This document shows, one piece after another, positions 1 to 49,091 of a DNA stretch of 64,000 nt (position 1 is the first letter of the stretch; every line of letters starts with the position of its first letter). The notes below the pieces were generated by a model that worked only from the letters and a program-made list of their open reading frames with translations, was not told the origin of the DNA and made no database searches. This DNA is from a bacterium. GTDB lineage: Bacteria; UBA8248. The stretch spans positions 32,001 to 96,000 of the forward strand of contig CBDBZY010000002.1 in NCBI GenBank assembly GCA_965213685.1, given 5' to 3'. The translations under genes were made by a program, and so were the position numbers.

Positions 1-212
1 TGTTCAAAAAGTGAAGTCCTGATCCAGCAAAGACAATAGCGCCAGCTATGATGATAAAGGACGGTAGAGCCTCGGGCCACATCTTGAGCTTGAATCTCCA
101 ATTATAGCGCCCTTGCAACTTCTCACGTGATAGCTGTGGTGGGCGTTAATTGGCGCTTTGGTCTATGTGGGTGGAGCTGAGTTGTAACCAACGAAACGGG
201 CTAACAACCTCA

Positions 213-1367
<1,155 letters not shown>

Positions 1368-1959
1368 AACACATCCTCCATGGCTTGAGCTCCTGTGCAT
1401 TATGAATCCAGTCTTTACATAGCATTATTATATACTCATGTGTGTCATCTTACTTTTCATGGTATCACTTATCCTTCACCAACCATAACAGAACACCTCT
1501 GAAAGAATAACTGTGTATTAAATAATTAATTTGATATGGGTTTATGGAAGACCACAGGGATCAAGCCATCCATTCCACTTGATCCAACCACGTAGCATGT
1601 ATTGCAACGGTTCCTTTGGATAGTAAAACAAGCTCTTGTACAGTTCATCATTGCTGCACAACTCTATGACCCCTTACAGTAGCAACTGGCAAAGCCACAC
1701 CCTCCCTCCAACCATCTTCCTTTTTAGAGGGTGTGTGGACTAGCCAGCAACCACTTAATGTCTTCTGTTGGGAGGCTAATCAACACTATGGCCACAGCGG
1801 TCTAGTACCTTTGCTATTACATGTACAATAGGTATATATAGCAATACACTGCATTACTAGATACACCATGGTCATATGTAATAAATAGGTTCTATACAGG
1901 AAACAGACATCAGTGCTGTCAGCTCATTGCACTGTCAATAGGCCTACAGTAGGTAGTGG

Positions 1960-2692
1960 TTATTTCAAGTGCTTGAACAAGTTCTTTGATACCTGTATGT
2001 TGGAGAGGAGGGAAACAAGAGGGAGGGAGGGAGGGAGGGAAGGGGGGAGAGGGGGAAAGGAAGGGAGGGGGGGAGAGGGGGAGAGGAAGGGAGGGAGGGA
2101 GGGAGGGAGGGAAGGGGAGAGAGGGGGGGAGAGGAAGGGAGGGGGGAGGGGGGGAGAGGAAGGGAGGGAGGGAGGGGGGGGAAAGAGTAAGGCAACATTC
2201 GTAACTGAGAAGAATAGGAATACTTACACAATGGTCTACGCAGTGGACAAAGTCATAAAGCTCTTGTTCGCAGGTTTCGCTTGTCTTGCTTTTGCTGGAC
2301 ACTCTCTCGTTGCATCTGTCCAGTTCTTCCTGAAGAGCAGTGCATTTCTTGGTGCTGCCACACTTCTCTCTCAGCACCTCCTGGTAATCTACTGCATCCT
2401 CTTCCTCTTCTTCCTCAGCCTAGTGAGTGGAGAAAGGGGGACCAAAGGTGTTGCTCCAATTAGAGCACATCATGCAGTCTACTTAGATCAAACCACCTTT
2501 GTACACCCACGTCTACCTGGAGCCTATACGAAACTCTTCTCATAAAGCCTTGCTGCTTTTTCTAGCTACTGATCTCTACGAAGCATTGTAGCCTAGCATC
2601 TACCAGGCGGATCCACCCGCATCGTTCTCAGTACACGCTTCGGCTGATACTACTTCTCTCTCTACCTGTACTTGTTCGTCTTCGTCAGACAT
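1960..2692 (-). CDS. UQCRH: Cytochrome b-c1 complex subunit 6 (hinge protein); exons 2692-2666, 2419-2228, 1992-1960
   Basis: Spliced ORF MSDEDEQVQAEEEEEEDAVDYQEVLREKC...CTALQEELDRCNERVSSKSKTSETCEQELYDFVHCVDHCVSKNLFKHLK*. It has the acidic N-terminus and the UCR_hinge Cys pattern. Confidence 0.96.
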
Positions 2693-2736
2693 TTTGAGGA
2701 GAACACAACCGCTGGCAACAAAGATGCGTGAGAACC

Positions 2737-2749
2737 AGGTCAAAGGTCA
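2737..2749. promoter_or_regulatory. Perfect DR1 nuclear-receptor element AGGTCAAAGGTCA in the UQCRH/HSDL1 bidirectional promoter
   Basis: Exact AGGTCA-N-AGGTCA within the 97 bp between the two divergent ATGs (2692 and 2790). Confidence 0.55.
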
Positions 2750-2789
2750 AAGCCGGCGAGCACCAATTAGAATATCCACCCGCGGCACA

Positions 2790-6735
<3,946 letters not shown>

Positions 6736-6852
6736 CATTCTTTCACTGTGTGTGTGTACATGTGGTGCTGATTTTGATGGAATTGTGTACTGGCAGGGGA
6801 GGGAGGGAGGGCACTAACAGAAAGATAAAGGAGAAGAAGAGGGAAGGAGAGA

Positions 6853-6912
<60 letters not shown>

Positions 6913-7323
6913 TGTGGTGCTGATTTTGATGGTTGTGTTTGAATTATGTACAGGGAAGGAAGGAAGGGAGGGAGGGCGCAGATATATAGAGAGGGGAGGG
7001 AGAAGAGGGAGGGTGTGTGTGTGTGTGTGTGTGTGCTTTGAATTATGTATTGGCAAATGGCAATGAAGAGGTGAGGGAGAGAGGGAGGAAGAGCACAGAA
7101 AGATAGGAGGAGAGAGAGAGAATGTGTGTCTGTGTGTGTGTGTTTCTACACCAGTATATATACATGTATATACGTATGTGTGTTAAGTGCAATCAATTAA
7201 CAATTTGTTTGACGATACAAGAAAAGATGATTGTCAATTAGTGACAAAGATGACTTGCATGTCTACTGTTATAATGAAAGTAGTCAGACAAGTGAATCAG
7301 GTTCCCCAAACCAGTCAAACTGG

Positions 7324-13586
<6,263 letters not shown>

Positions 13587-13883
13587 GTCCGGAGCAGAAC
13601 GCGCCAAGCACAAGAACGACAGACGCAAGAAGTGGCGAGATGTTGGTGCGCTTTATTTAGCATTAAAACCTGACCTTTGAATCCATACCTTAGCGCTGCC
13701 TAGTGGTTTTGTCCCCACCTCGCTCCGAGGTGGTATGGGAACGAGACTGAGCTTATTCTAGCGTGTGACAATTATGACCGGGGCTATCTCCAAGTGCCTC
13801 CTGCACCCCACCCCACAGCGTAGTGCAGGGTGGTGCCAAGCTGCAAGGTCGGCTAGCAACGACGCATCTCGAAGACAAGTCTA

Positions 13884-20504
<6,621 letters not shown>

Positions 20505-20509
20505 TCTCT

Positions 20510-20572
<63 letters not shown>

Positions 20573-20575
20573 TCT

Positions 20576-20644
<69 letters not shown>

Positions 20645-20883
20645 TCCCTCTCCCTCTCCCTCTCCCCCCCCCCCCTCTCCATCCCCTCGCACACCTCATA
20701 TGTGACATGTATATACAGTTTTTATTCTGACAATGTGTCCATATACATGTATACATCAGCAATGAGACAGATACACAGTCACACAATGGACATCATAATA
20801 AATGCATGCACAATAATATGCTTATAGAGTACGTGCTACAATAGCATGCCTATATGTGTGTGTATACATAGTACAGCTGTTGC

Positions 20884-24435
<3,552 letters not shown>

Positions 24436-24473
24436 AATGAGCTCCAGTGTTTTGTATTGCATCCATGCAGCTC

Positions 24474-24487
24474 GTAGCCATAGTAAC
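24474..24487. promoter_or_regulatory. RFX X-box GTAGCCATAGTAAC immediately upstream of ZBBX
   Basis: Matches GTNRCC-N2-RGYAAC and lies about 40 bp upstream of the ZBBX ATG at 24435. Confidence 0.65.
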
Positions 24488-25010
24488 AAACACAGCAACG
24501 TGATGAAATTACATTGCCACTTTTAATTAGAATACCATGCGTCAAAAGATTACGTAATAATTATTTCGCGTAACATAATGAACAGGGACATACTCACAGT
24601 TGCCGGTGACATCATATCATTTTATCCCCGGGGTCTCTGGGGCCGGGGTGGAGAAATCTACGAGAACGGGTATCCGATTCGTGAACTGCGAGTGGAGTGT
24701 TTGGCCCGACGCGCCCATTGAGAACCACACGACGAGGACGACGGCACGGGAAAAGGCGCGGCAGTGTCTGGCTGTTGTTGAATAGGCGTTCACCCGTAGG
24801 TCGAGAGCGCGGTGAGCCGGAGGAATTGTTCCAGTGACGCTACTATCGACTCCCTCCCCCCCCCACCCACGAACACCATACCGCAACGCCATTGTGTTTC
24901 AAGTTGACTAGCAGAATTTTGCGTCGCCGTGAAAGATTAGAGTCGTATTGTAACTGTATCGGAAGTTATGCCCGTCCGCATTGCAGCTAGCTGCTACGTT
25001 TGTTCAGAAC

Positions 25011-35323
<10,313 letters not shown>

Positions 35324-36011
35324 CACTGTCATTCGTAGGCTGTCATGCATAGGTTTATGTCCTTGTATGATATCATTGTCTGTGGTATGTAATGAGAATA
35401 CTGTTAGTTATTAATGTTAGTGTGGAAATATTTCAGTAGTGCGTGTAATGTACAATGTACTGTTTGTGTGTAATGTGCTGTTTTATATGTTCTGTGTCTT
35501 CCTGCTCAACTTACCAGACAAATTTATCTCCCCTTGTTGTAAAATTCCTCCCTACCCCTCCTCGATATTGTGTGTGTTGAACTGCAACTGCTGTCACTCA
35601 CAATCACCAAGTTGAATCTTTTACTAATTTACTATGGCAGGGAGGGAGAGAGACAGAGAGGGAGAGGGGAGAGGGTAAGGTCAAGGTACATTTCAGCTTG
35701 GCTCTGAAGAACTTTTTGGAGGTCAACCTGAGTGACAGGGGAGGGAGATTGCCAGAGAGAGAGAGAGAGAATGTAATGGAAGGAGGGAAGAATAGACACA
35801 TGGAATGTGGGAGTAAGGGAAAGGAGACAGGGGGTATGAGCCATTGGGATCATTCCACGTACACATTAAAAGTTACCTTTAAAAAACTGAGTCATATAGT
35901 ACAGCACATTGCAATACATACACAACTTTAATACTCACAACACAACAATAGTATATAGACAGAAAAAATGAAACAGAATATGTGAGCAGTCATGGTGAAT
36001 GGTTTGAAGCC

Positions 36012-38244
<2,233 letters not shown>

Positions 38245-38298
38245 CTTGTCTGCTCACAACTCGTCTCAAAGCTAGGAAGCTAAGCAAACCGCGGTGTA

Positions 38299-38361
38299 TG
38301 ACGTCATAAACTGGTCTCCAACCCGTTCCGATTAGGGTCGAGTTACGATGACCTTTGACCC
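38299..38361. promoter_or_regulatory. RTF2/ZNHIT1 bidirectional promoter motifs: CRE palindrome TGACGTCA (38299-38306) and DR1 TGACCTTTGACCC (38349-38361)
   Basis: Both motifs lie within the 138 bp between the divergent ATGs. Confidence 0.55.
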
Positions 38362-38382
38362 CAGTTGAATTTGCAGTTCGGT

Positions 38383-40822
<2,440 letters not shown>

Positions 40823-40891
40823 TATTTTGTATAATACCCAATACTATTGTCTGTCTTGTTTATATCATGCCTTTGCCACATATGCACAGTC

Positions 40892-41056
40892 ATGTACATG
40901 ATTTAAATAATTGAAACACATAACAAAACAAGGCAAAACAAGGCAACAACTGAGACAGCTCACTTTCTCTTCTTTTCAAAGAAAAAGTGAGCTGCCCCAG
41001 GTGGGACTCGAACCCACATTACTGTTTCAGTGCTCTGTCCACTCGAAGCAGCTCAG
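40892..41056 (-). mobile_element. tRNA-derived SINE-like repeat, family B, just downstream of the ZNHIT1 stop
   Basis: Reverse complement has GGGTTCGAGTCCCACCTGGGGCAGCTCACTTTTTCTTTGAAAAGAAGAGAAAGTGAGC, nearly identical to about 27076-27121. Confidence 0.75.
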
Positions 41057-44000
41057 TATGTACATGTATATCTATGCATAATTGGTATCTTCATGAGTAT
41101 ACAGAAATGTCTGCTGAGGTTTCATGCACGTAACTATTGTTTTCGTTCTAAGGGACTTCACCATGCTTTATAAGGAACGCGCTAAGGACATCCCACATTA
41201 CGTTTGCGTATATTCACCGCGGTGAATGCTGTCAGCGTGATATTAAGTGTTAGCAGCTCGCTGGGGTTCCACCTGGGTCTCTCCCGACTGGCCTTATGGA
41301 ACAGCATTCACACACACAAGAGCTGTACATATAAATAGCTTGCATTGCGCTACACTTCACTCAGGCGTAGACACTAGTCGCTAGTTATGAACAGGCTGCT
41401 ATTCAAGCGTGTTTATAGGCAGAGATGGCCCATGGTGGCATGTCACACATAAGGTGCAGTATTCTCAGTATTTGTGTGTGTGTGAAACGATGTATACTTG
41501 TTGGTGAACGTATAGGATACACTGTAAGCGCCTATACGGTAACTGAGTAGTTCAAGGCGTCTCAGACTGTGAGGCATTGCCTCCGAAGCGAGCATTGAAT
41601 AACAGCAGTAGTGGAAGGTGGTACATGCTCAACAGCAAAGTCTATGTACCATAAACTGAGTGTGTTGAGGTCAGGGGTTACAGTTACTGTGAAGATGAAA
41701 CGGGTAAGTTTTTTTTGAAATATGAAAGTGCTGACTGCTGCCATGGTGACTAGTGATAATTACTAGGTATCTTGGCCTCAAAGTTGATGTCAAAGTGACT
41801 CTAGCTCATCTGTTCACCTTCATCTTAGCCTTCAAAGTTGATACGAAAGATAATGTACACTCATCACTTCACTCAGAACTGCCTCATTTTTAGATGACCT
41901 CACAGGATCTTCCCCTTGTGAATATGTTAGTATGTTAATGTCAGGGTCTTACCCACAGAACCGTATTCATACATCTCACTATCAGCTGCAAGAGTTTAGC
42001 TAATTGCTAACCAGAAGTGGTACTGCTAGTCATGGCATTGTCATTACACTGCACATCAAACTAGCTAACTACAGAGCACATCACCTCTACTATGCCCACT
42101 CACTTCTAAATGATCTATGTTATTGTGATTTACTATATACTCAAAGACAGCTAATAAAGAGTGTAGGCAGGAGAAAAGTAGTGCATGTAGCCATACTCTT
42201 TCACATGTGTGCCTGAATGTGTCTTTGACACACATACAAAGATAGTACGATAACTTGTTTTGTTCACTTTCAGAGTGTGCAACTGTAGGTCACGTTATCT
42301 GCACCACATGCACAGCTGTGGCTTCATGAATATCTCTATCGTCCCTGTAGGTAAATGACAGAGGGCTACCCAGCACAGCTGCACACACATCTGTGCATCA
42401 TACAGATGCGTGATGACACTCCACTGCTGAATCTCATCAATTCACATTTCCTCCTCCTCTTCCAGGAACTCACACCCTGACACTTGCTCTACTAACAACT
42501 GTGAATGAAGTTAGTACATCCATAAGTGGTACCTTGTTTATTTTGGATGGTTGAGTGTATTCCAAGAGAAGAAGAGTGAATATTAAAAGAGGCCTGAAAA
42601 CACCTGCTCACTCTTACCCACCTGAGCCATCCCAGAGCCATCCCACCTGCATGTCAGCACCTGCTGCTCATGATTATCCAAGTACAGGACATTGCTAGTG
42701 GTGAGAGAGTCACGGCTGCTCGGAAGGAGTGTCCATACTCCTCCATGTGTGTACACCTGCACAGCATTCTTGGCACCAATCCTAAGAATGCAGTAAAAAT
42801 GAATCCAATTCTCTTTCAAGGACATGCTACGCACTATGTGTAGAAGTATACAATTCTGTGAGTTGAAAATTTTCTTCTGTGTGGAAGTATAGACCATTTT
42901 AGCAACTTGGAAATTTTCATCTTGGATTAATTCTCAATGTAAGTATTGCTAGTAAGGAGTAATGCAAGAGTTATGCCAAATAGAATGAGATGGGAATAAA
43001 GTGTGCAAAGTCTATGTGACTGTGAGTGCAGAAGTCACCGATGACTGATAGCGTACTGAAGAATTGAAATTGGGGTCTGGAACAAGGAGAGATAATTGTT
43101 ATGCTGAAACATTGCACAACAGATGTGTAAACCTTTGTAACATGGATATGGTCACTATGAGTTTGCAAAACCAAGTTACTGAAGAAAGGTCAGTACATGT
43201 GCACATGTATATTGAATACTCCAGTTATTGCTTTGTGGTCAAGGCTGACTACAGGTCTTTGGACAAGCTAAACTCCCACACATACTAAAAAAGGATTAAT
43301 AAAAAAATGCTTGCTCACACCAATTAATTAGTGATGGACAAGAAAACAAGGCGTTTGTGTGATATGAACATGTCAACATGGCACCAATGATTTGATACCT
43401 CTCCAAATCATTTTGTTGAAAGTCTGCATCACTAGGAAAGGGAGAGCATCATTTGGACTTGAATGAATAAATGAATCGGTGAATAATGACAGAATATTTA
43501 TTAGGGCTAGGAAGGACAGCTGAACTTCAAAAGACACGCAGCTCTGAATACAATCGTAATAGTAGATAGAATGTGTACGTGTACAAGGCAGTGGATTCAT
43601 TGTTTAGCAGTAAGCTGTATGTGTGCATTTCACGTGTAAGTATGTGCATGCCTGTGTCGCTTTTGTTATCATAAAGTTACTGGTAATGACTAATTAACAA
43701 ACTAAATTTTGCATGCTTGCAATGCATACAGATGACTCAAATTCATCATTTAGCATGACATTGAACTTAACTGCTCACCCACAACCTGGCATGTGACTCT
43801 GTACCTATAGGCAGAATATTTTTTATGTATCTTTTCTTGTGTCAACACAAGTCAGAATAGCAACTAAACTTAGCCATTTCAATGCATACAGAGATACACG
43901 TACATGTGTGCAGTCCAGTCCATTGCAGCTCTATGTATGTTCACACATGTAGTATACTTATACACTCAGTGAAGTATATAGCTAGGTGCATACATCATCA

Positions 44001-45374
44001 AACAAGCAACTTCAGACCATGATAGACACTATCTATTTATGTCTCCTTCATTCATAACTGCCTGTACACTCTGACCTTCCCCCGGGTCACTATTCATTAT
44101 CACCTACTGAATATGCCATCCTCATTGTCACCAGGAGTGTGACTTAAATCTGAAAATATGTTAACATATGTTGAACATGAATGCAAAGTGGGTTACTTAG
44201 TTAGCAAGTAAATCCATTTAGTTTTCCTTCTAGAAAGTGACCTGGCTGACACGTCCAACTGGTACACACTATGCTAGTGCAATACTATGAGGCATAGGCC
44301 CGTATTCAGGTGCATAGGCCCAGCATTGAGCTACTTAGTAGTCTGATGACTTGTTGCAGTTGCATGTGTAGCTCTGGAACAGGCAAACTGCCATCTATAG
44401 GATAGCAGGAATGCAGGAGTCCACAATGCGGTCACCTTGCACAGTATGGGAGACTAGCAGGCGCAGCGGGACTTGTCTTCTGCTGTTTTAGGGCGCGTAT
44501 ATTAAAAACAAGGCGCCCTTGGGAGCTCACGTGCACCGCATATTACCGAAAATACTGAAGGCGAGTGCCAACTTGCCCGCTCCTCAGGTCCTCTGTGCTG
44601 TGCTACGCCTGCAACGAGCCTGCAGCCATCTTGGTCACGTGCACTTTGACCCGTACCTGCAGCATTGTTTATCTCGAGTTGCTCATGAAAATGCAAGAGA
44701 TGAGAGGCTATAAGAGAGGAGTTTTGCAGCAAAATCCTCACTTTTCCAGCCAGACTCTCTTGGAAGGAAGCAGAGAAAACTCTACTGCAAAGAAGGCCCC
44801 TGGCAAGTAGACGTTTATGTATATATGCATGCACGGTAATTGCGTGGTGCATATAGCGAGCATACATGTTAGCATGCTCTTGAGTTTGCATTGTTCTCTC
44901 TTCCAGTTGCACTGCATGAGTTTGTGCTGGTGTTGACATAGCAATGTTTTCTCTACTTCTTGCATTTGAAGTGGCATATACTTACAATTTGTGGTCAAAA
45001 TTTTGTGTCTTCTTCCCACATCCAGGACAACTTCTCCTCCCTACTACTGCAATTAGCTTATCAGCCTGCAAACCACAGCCTCACAGCACAGCAGGTACTC
45101 ACATACATGTCTGTGCAATGTTGGCATGCAATAACCATGCTGTGTGTCAGTCACTTACTCTGCACACTTCAGAGGTGAACTTTCTGACCTCATTGAAAGT
45201 TTACTTTGTGAATATCAAATGTCTTTGTCCACTTTCTAATGTTAGCATTGCCACACATAATTATGCCTTGCGCTATTGTGTCTATTATCTGAATGTAGTT
45301 GTTTGCACAGTCTTTACTTTCTGCATAGCTGTGTGCTGCTCTACTTCTATCTATCTCCCTCCCACTTCAGAAAC

Positions 45375-46838
45375 ATGAGCAGTTCCGAGAAAGGCCAACT
45401 GCAGTCCCTCCTGGAGTCCCCAGCTCACCAAGCCCAAAGCCACAAGAGAAGGAGGACTTCTATTTTCCTGGGAGTCCTCTCTGTGGTGGCTCTCGTTGCA
45501 GCTCTTGGTGTGTGTGGAGCTCTGCTTTATGCCAAGCACACAGAGCCCAGTTCAGCTGCCAAAATCAAACCAGTGGAAAGCAATCATCTTCAACAACGAA
45601 ACATAGTATGTATTAACATATATGCATATGTATTTGCATTTTCCAGCATACTATGAATAGAGACTCTCTGATCATGAATTTTACATCATTGTTTATTTTA
45701 ATGGGGATCTTGCAAAATTCACAATTTTGAAGAACAGCTGACCTCTGAGGATTAAGTAGTTTGTACGTGTGTGCCATGTTACATCCTGTGTTGTATCATT
45801 TCAAACAAACATCTCTTTTGTTTTCAGGAGACTACCCAGGACGACAGTGACACTGGGAACCAGAGACTGAGAAACAAACGCAAAATCCCACCTCCCGCTG
45901 GTAAATATGACTAGGTACCAGTCCTAACTTTTGCATGCAATAATTTATTGTATATAATTGCATAGGAACAATAATCAGCCCTGTCCCCACAAGCAGTGAT
46001 GGATCATGTGAATCAACAGAAACTGAATCAGTAAGCAAAAAAAATAACTGCACTTTGTGCACTGTAATATTGAATCATTATTGTCCATTAGAATGTGCCT
46101 GCAGCTCATGTCAAGGGACATGGCATACAAAGAGGGAAATGGATTCAGTCAACCAGAGACAGTGGTATGTCCAAAAATTAGTTCTCAGGCACACTGAACT
46201 AAAGATGCATGTATGTACGACACTCAAGTTGAGATGACAGGCTGCACTCATTTCTGTATACAAGATTCTCTAAGGAATTCATTTAATCGCTGGTGTGCCC
46301 CTCTGTGCATGTAGGTTCAGTTGTTCCAGGCTACCAGCAGCGATGGATATGCAATGACGTGTATGATGGAAACCATCCTGGCAGGGAGCAAGCATTTGTG
46401 GATGGAGGAGTGTGGTTCAACCAAACTGACAAGTCAATATACGTCCCCACTTGTGGCTACTACCACGTTTATAGCCAGATTCTCTTTGTGCTGTCAGAGC
46501 GCCCACAAACAGATCCAGAGAGTGTGACAGTCTACCATAACCTTAAGATCAAAACCAACTGCAGTACTGCACGTGACACTGGACCCATCCAACTCCAAGC
46601 CAAGGCATCTATTACTCTAAGTGAAAACCATGACGGCGGAATAACAACCACATACACTTCTGACGTCGTGTATCTGTGTGAGGGTGGGCACGTGTGGATC
46701 GAGATACCAGACGGTGAGAATGGAGTTCCGTGCTGCCCGAGGGGAGAGGAGAGTGGGACGTTCATGGGACTTGCTCTGGTTGCCAGTGCACCATGCTCTA
46801 GCTGGCCTCCGACCATCACCATGACACATGCCTACTGA
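45375..46838 (+). CDS. TNF superfamily ligand A (type II membrane protein); exons 45375-45605, 45828-45900, 45966-46030, 46092-46164, 46315-46838
   Basis: Basic KRRR followed by TM helix IFLGVLSVVALVAALGVCGALLY, then a stalk with RNKR. TNF homology domain: PAAHV...W...GGV...IYVPTCGYYHVYSQILF...VVYLCEGGHVWIEI...TFMGLALV. Confidence 0.88.
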
Positions 46839-47909
46839 AAACTGTACTAAAATGACCACCATTTTCACATGTTTACTGTACTCTGTAAATGTATACGTAT
46901 GTTGTGTGCTTTTTGTGACTATTTCAATCTCTGCCCCCCAATGCTTTTATTGTCAGAACATTAAATTTCATTGTACATACTGAAGGTGTACTAAAGGTGT
47001 TGTGTATACACTGTATTTGTTATATGTCCCTTTGTAATGTATGACTGTTACACAATGATACCAGCACCTAATAAGGTGTTCATGCATAAGAACTGATTGT
47101 GCATTCCATATATGCCCTCCACTGAGTCTGCCCCACCCAAACGTTTCTGGAAGTATGAATGTTCAATGCATGGGAACATTTGCACATAGAGCATGTGTGT
47201 ATGTGGCTAGGGATTAGAACCAGAATGTGTATATTCATCCCTAGCTTGCAGTGTTTCTTGTAGGGTTGATGCAGACACACCCATCCACTGGTGGGCGTAC
47301 CACTTACCGTCCAATTGTTGTCTGTCAAAACACTGAAACTAGTAGTTATTACAGTAACCATTAGTAGACTGAATGTAACCTTTCACTAATTGTATAGTCT
47401 ATAAAAATTATGTACTGGAGGATTAACATTATTCATGACCCATACTTCTCAGAATTTGATAGGAGATATATATATTGTATGTACTGTGTACATTTATTAT
47501 AATATTATGCGAATTAGTCGAGTACTATTCCTGGAAGAAAGCAGCAGACTACCAGTATGTGCTTGGTGGTTGTGCAGTGTGCCATTACAGATGGCCAACA
47601 CTGATTCTAGTGCTACAAGTATCATATTAATCGCCACTTCAGTAACAGAACAAAGGTTTATTAATAGCTTCAAACTGAGAGCATATAATTACAGATATAA
47701 CATATAATTACAGAATATAGGATGCACAACTTTCATTAGAAAGCAGATGACGTTTCATTGTTATATACAATGGAAAACATTCATACAAACATTAACAGTA
47801 ACTGTGATGACAAGCCTGGGGCAACCATACACAAATTAAAAACATGAGAGTTTACACACATCATTCTTTGCCATACTGTCGGAGTGTTCCTTAAGAGGTG
47901 AATAGGTCA

Positions 47910-49091
47910 TTAGCAATCAGCTTCAGCCACCAAATAAGCCGAGAGAGAAGTCACTGTTTCATCTCCATGAGGGCAGCAAGGATTTCCTTCTGGAATCTCG
48001 ATCCAAATTCTGCCATTCTCGCATATTTTAACAATGTCTCCCACAATATTCGACGATCTAACATACATTGGGTCCTGACCATTGGTGCTCTCCACTGGTC
48101 CAATTGTAGTGTATCCAGAAAGAGAATAATCATTCTGGTCATAGCCCTCACAATTTCTATCTACCTTGAGTGTATGAAGGTAGTTCTGCAAATGAGTGTT
48201 GTCATCGCTTTGAAATAGAATTTGGCTGAACAGAGAGTACCAGCCACATTTTGGCACATAGAGGGACTTGTCTTCAGGCTGGTACCTCATTCCTCCTGAC
48301 ACAAAGGCAGGGGAGCCACTGCAGTCCCAATCAGTTGGGTACTGGGGACCATTTCTATTCCTTTTTCCAGTGCCCCACTGAAGTCCATGGCCCTTAAGGT
48401 GGGCTGCTGGAAGGGACTGAAGAAGAATAAGAAGGAGGAAGAGAAGACAGGAGGAGGAGGGAGAAGAAGGAGGAGGAGGGAGAAGGAGAAGGAGGAGGAT
48501 AAAGGGAGGTAAATCTGGGGCAAATTCTAAATGTATAATTATGACCTACATCATTGCCAATTTCTGAGTCACATGGGCTGCCAACTACATGGTAAAACAG
48601 ATTAAAAAACAGGATAAAGTGATGTATCAAGCAATAACTAAAGTGGAAAGAGTGAGAGACAGAAGGATGAAGAACAAGAGAGAAGAAAGGGAACATGGTG
48701 AAGATGCGATTACCTCGTTGCGGCACAGCATGGGCCCGTGGTGGGAGTCGCTTGTTGCGGATAACTTCACTCTATAGAGTGAGACAGAAAGATGATCAAA
48801 GTAACAACATCTGAATTATGTCCTCTTTCAAATGTTTTGAAGTGACATTAACAGTTCTTTAGGGCGTACCTCACTGTCTTGGTCACTTGGCTGTGATACA
48901 GCTCTGGGTTGAACGTCTCTCCCTGATTTGGAGGTATTTGTCTTAACCAAGACAGCTGCACACACACCAACCACCGCCACCATTCCAAGCAGCAAAACAA
49001 CTGCAACAGCCACTTTCCACCTTCTGGCTACTGTGGAGAACAGAGAGCCAGGGGTAGACTGTGACTCTATATCACTGCTGCTTGTGGACAT
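47910..49091 (-). CDS. TNF superfamily ligand B (type II membrane protein); exons 49091-48870, 48771-48714, about 48584-48550, about 48417-47910
   Basis: RRWK followed by TM helix VAVAVVLLLGMVAVVGVCAAVLV, then a stalk with RNKR. THD: PAAHL...W...GGM...LYVPKCGWYSLFSQILF...IVKICENGRIWIEI...TSLSAYLV. Confidence 0.88.

Noticed and set aside
46839-47909. AU-rich instability elements in the TNF 3' UTRs
   Set aside because: The region is AT-rich, but no clustered ATTTA pentamers were seen on either strand.
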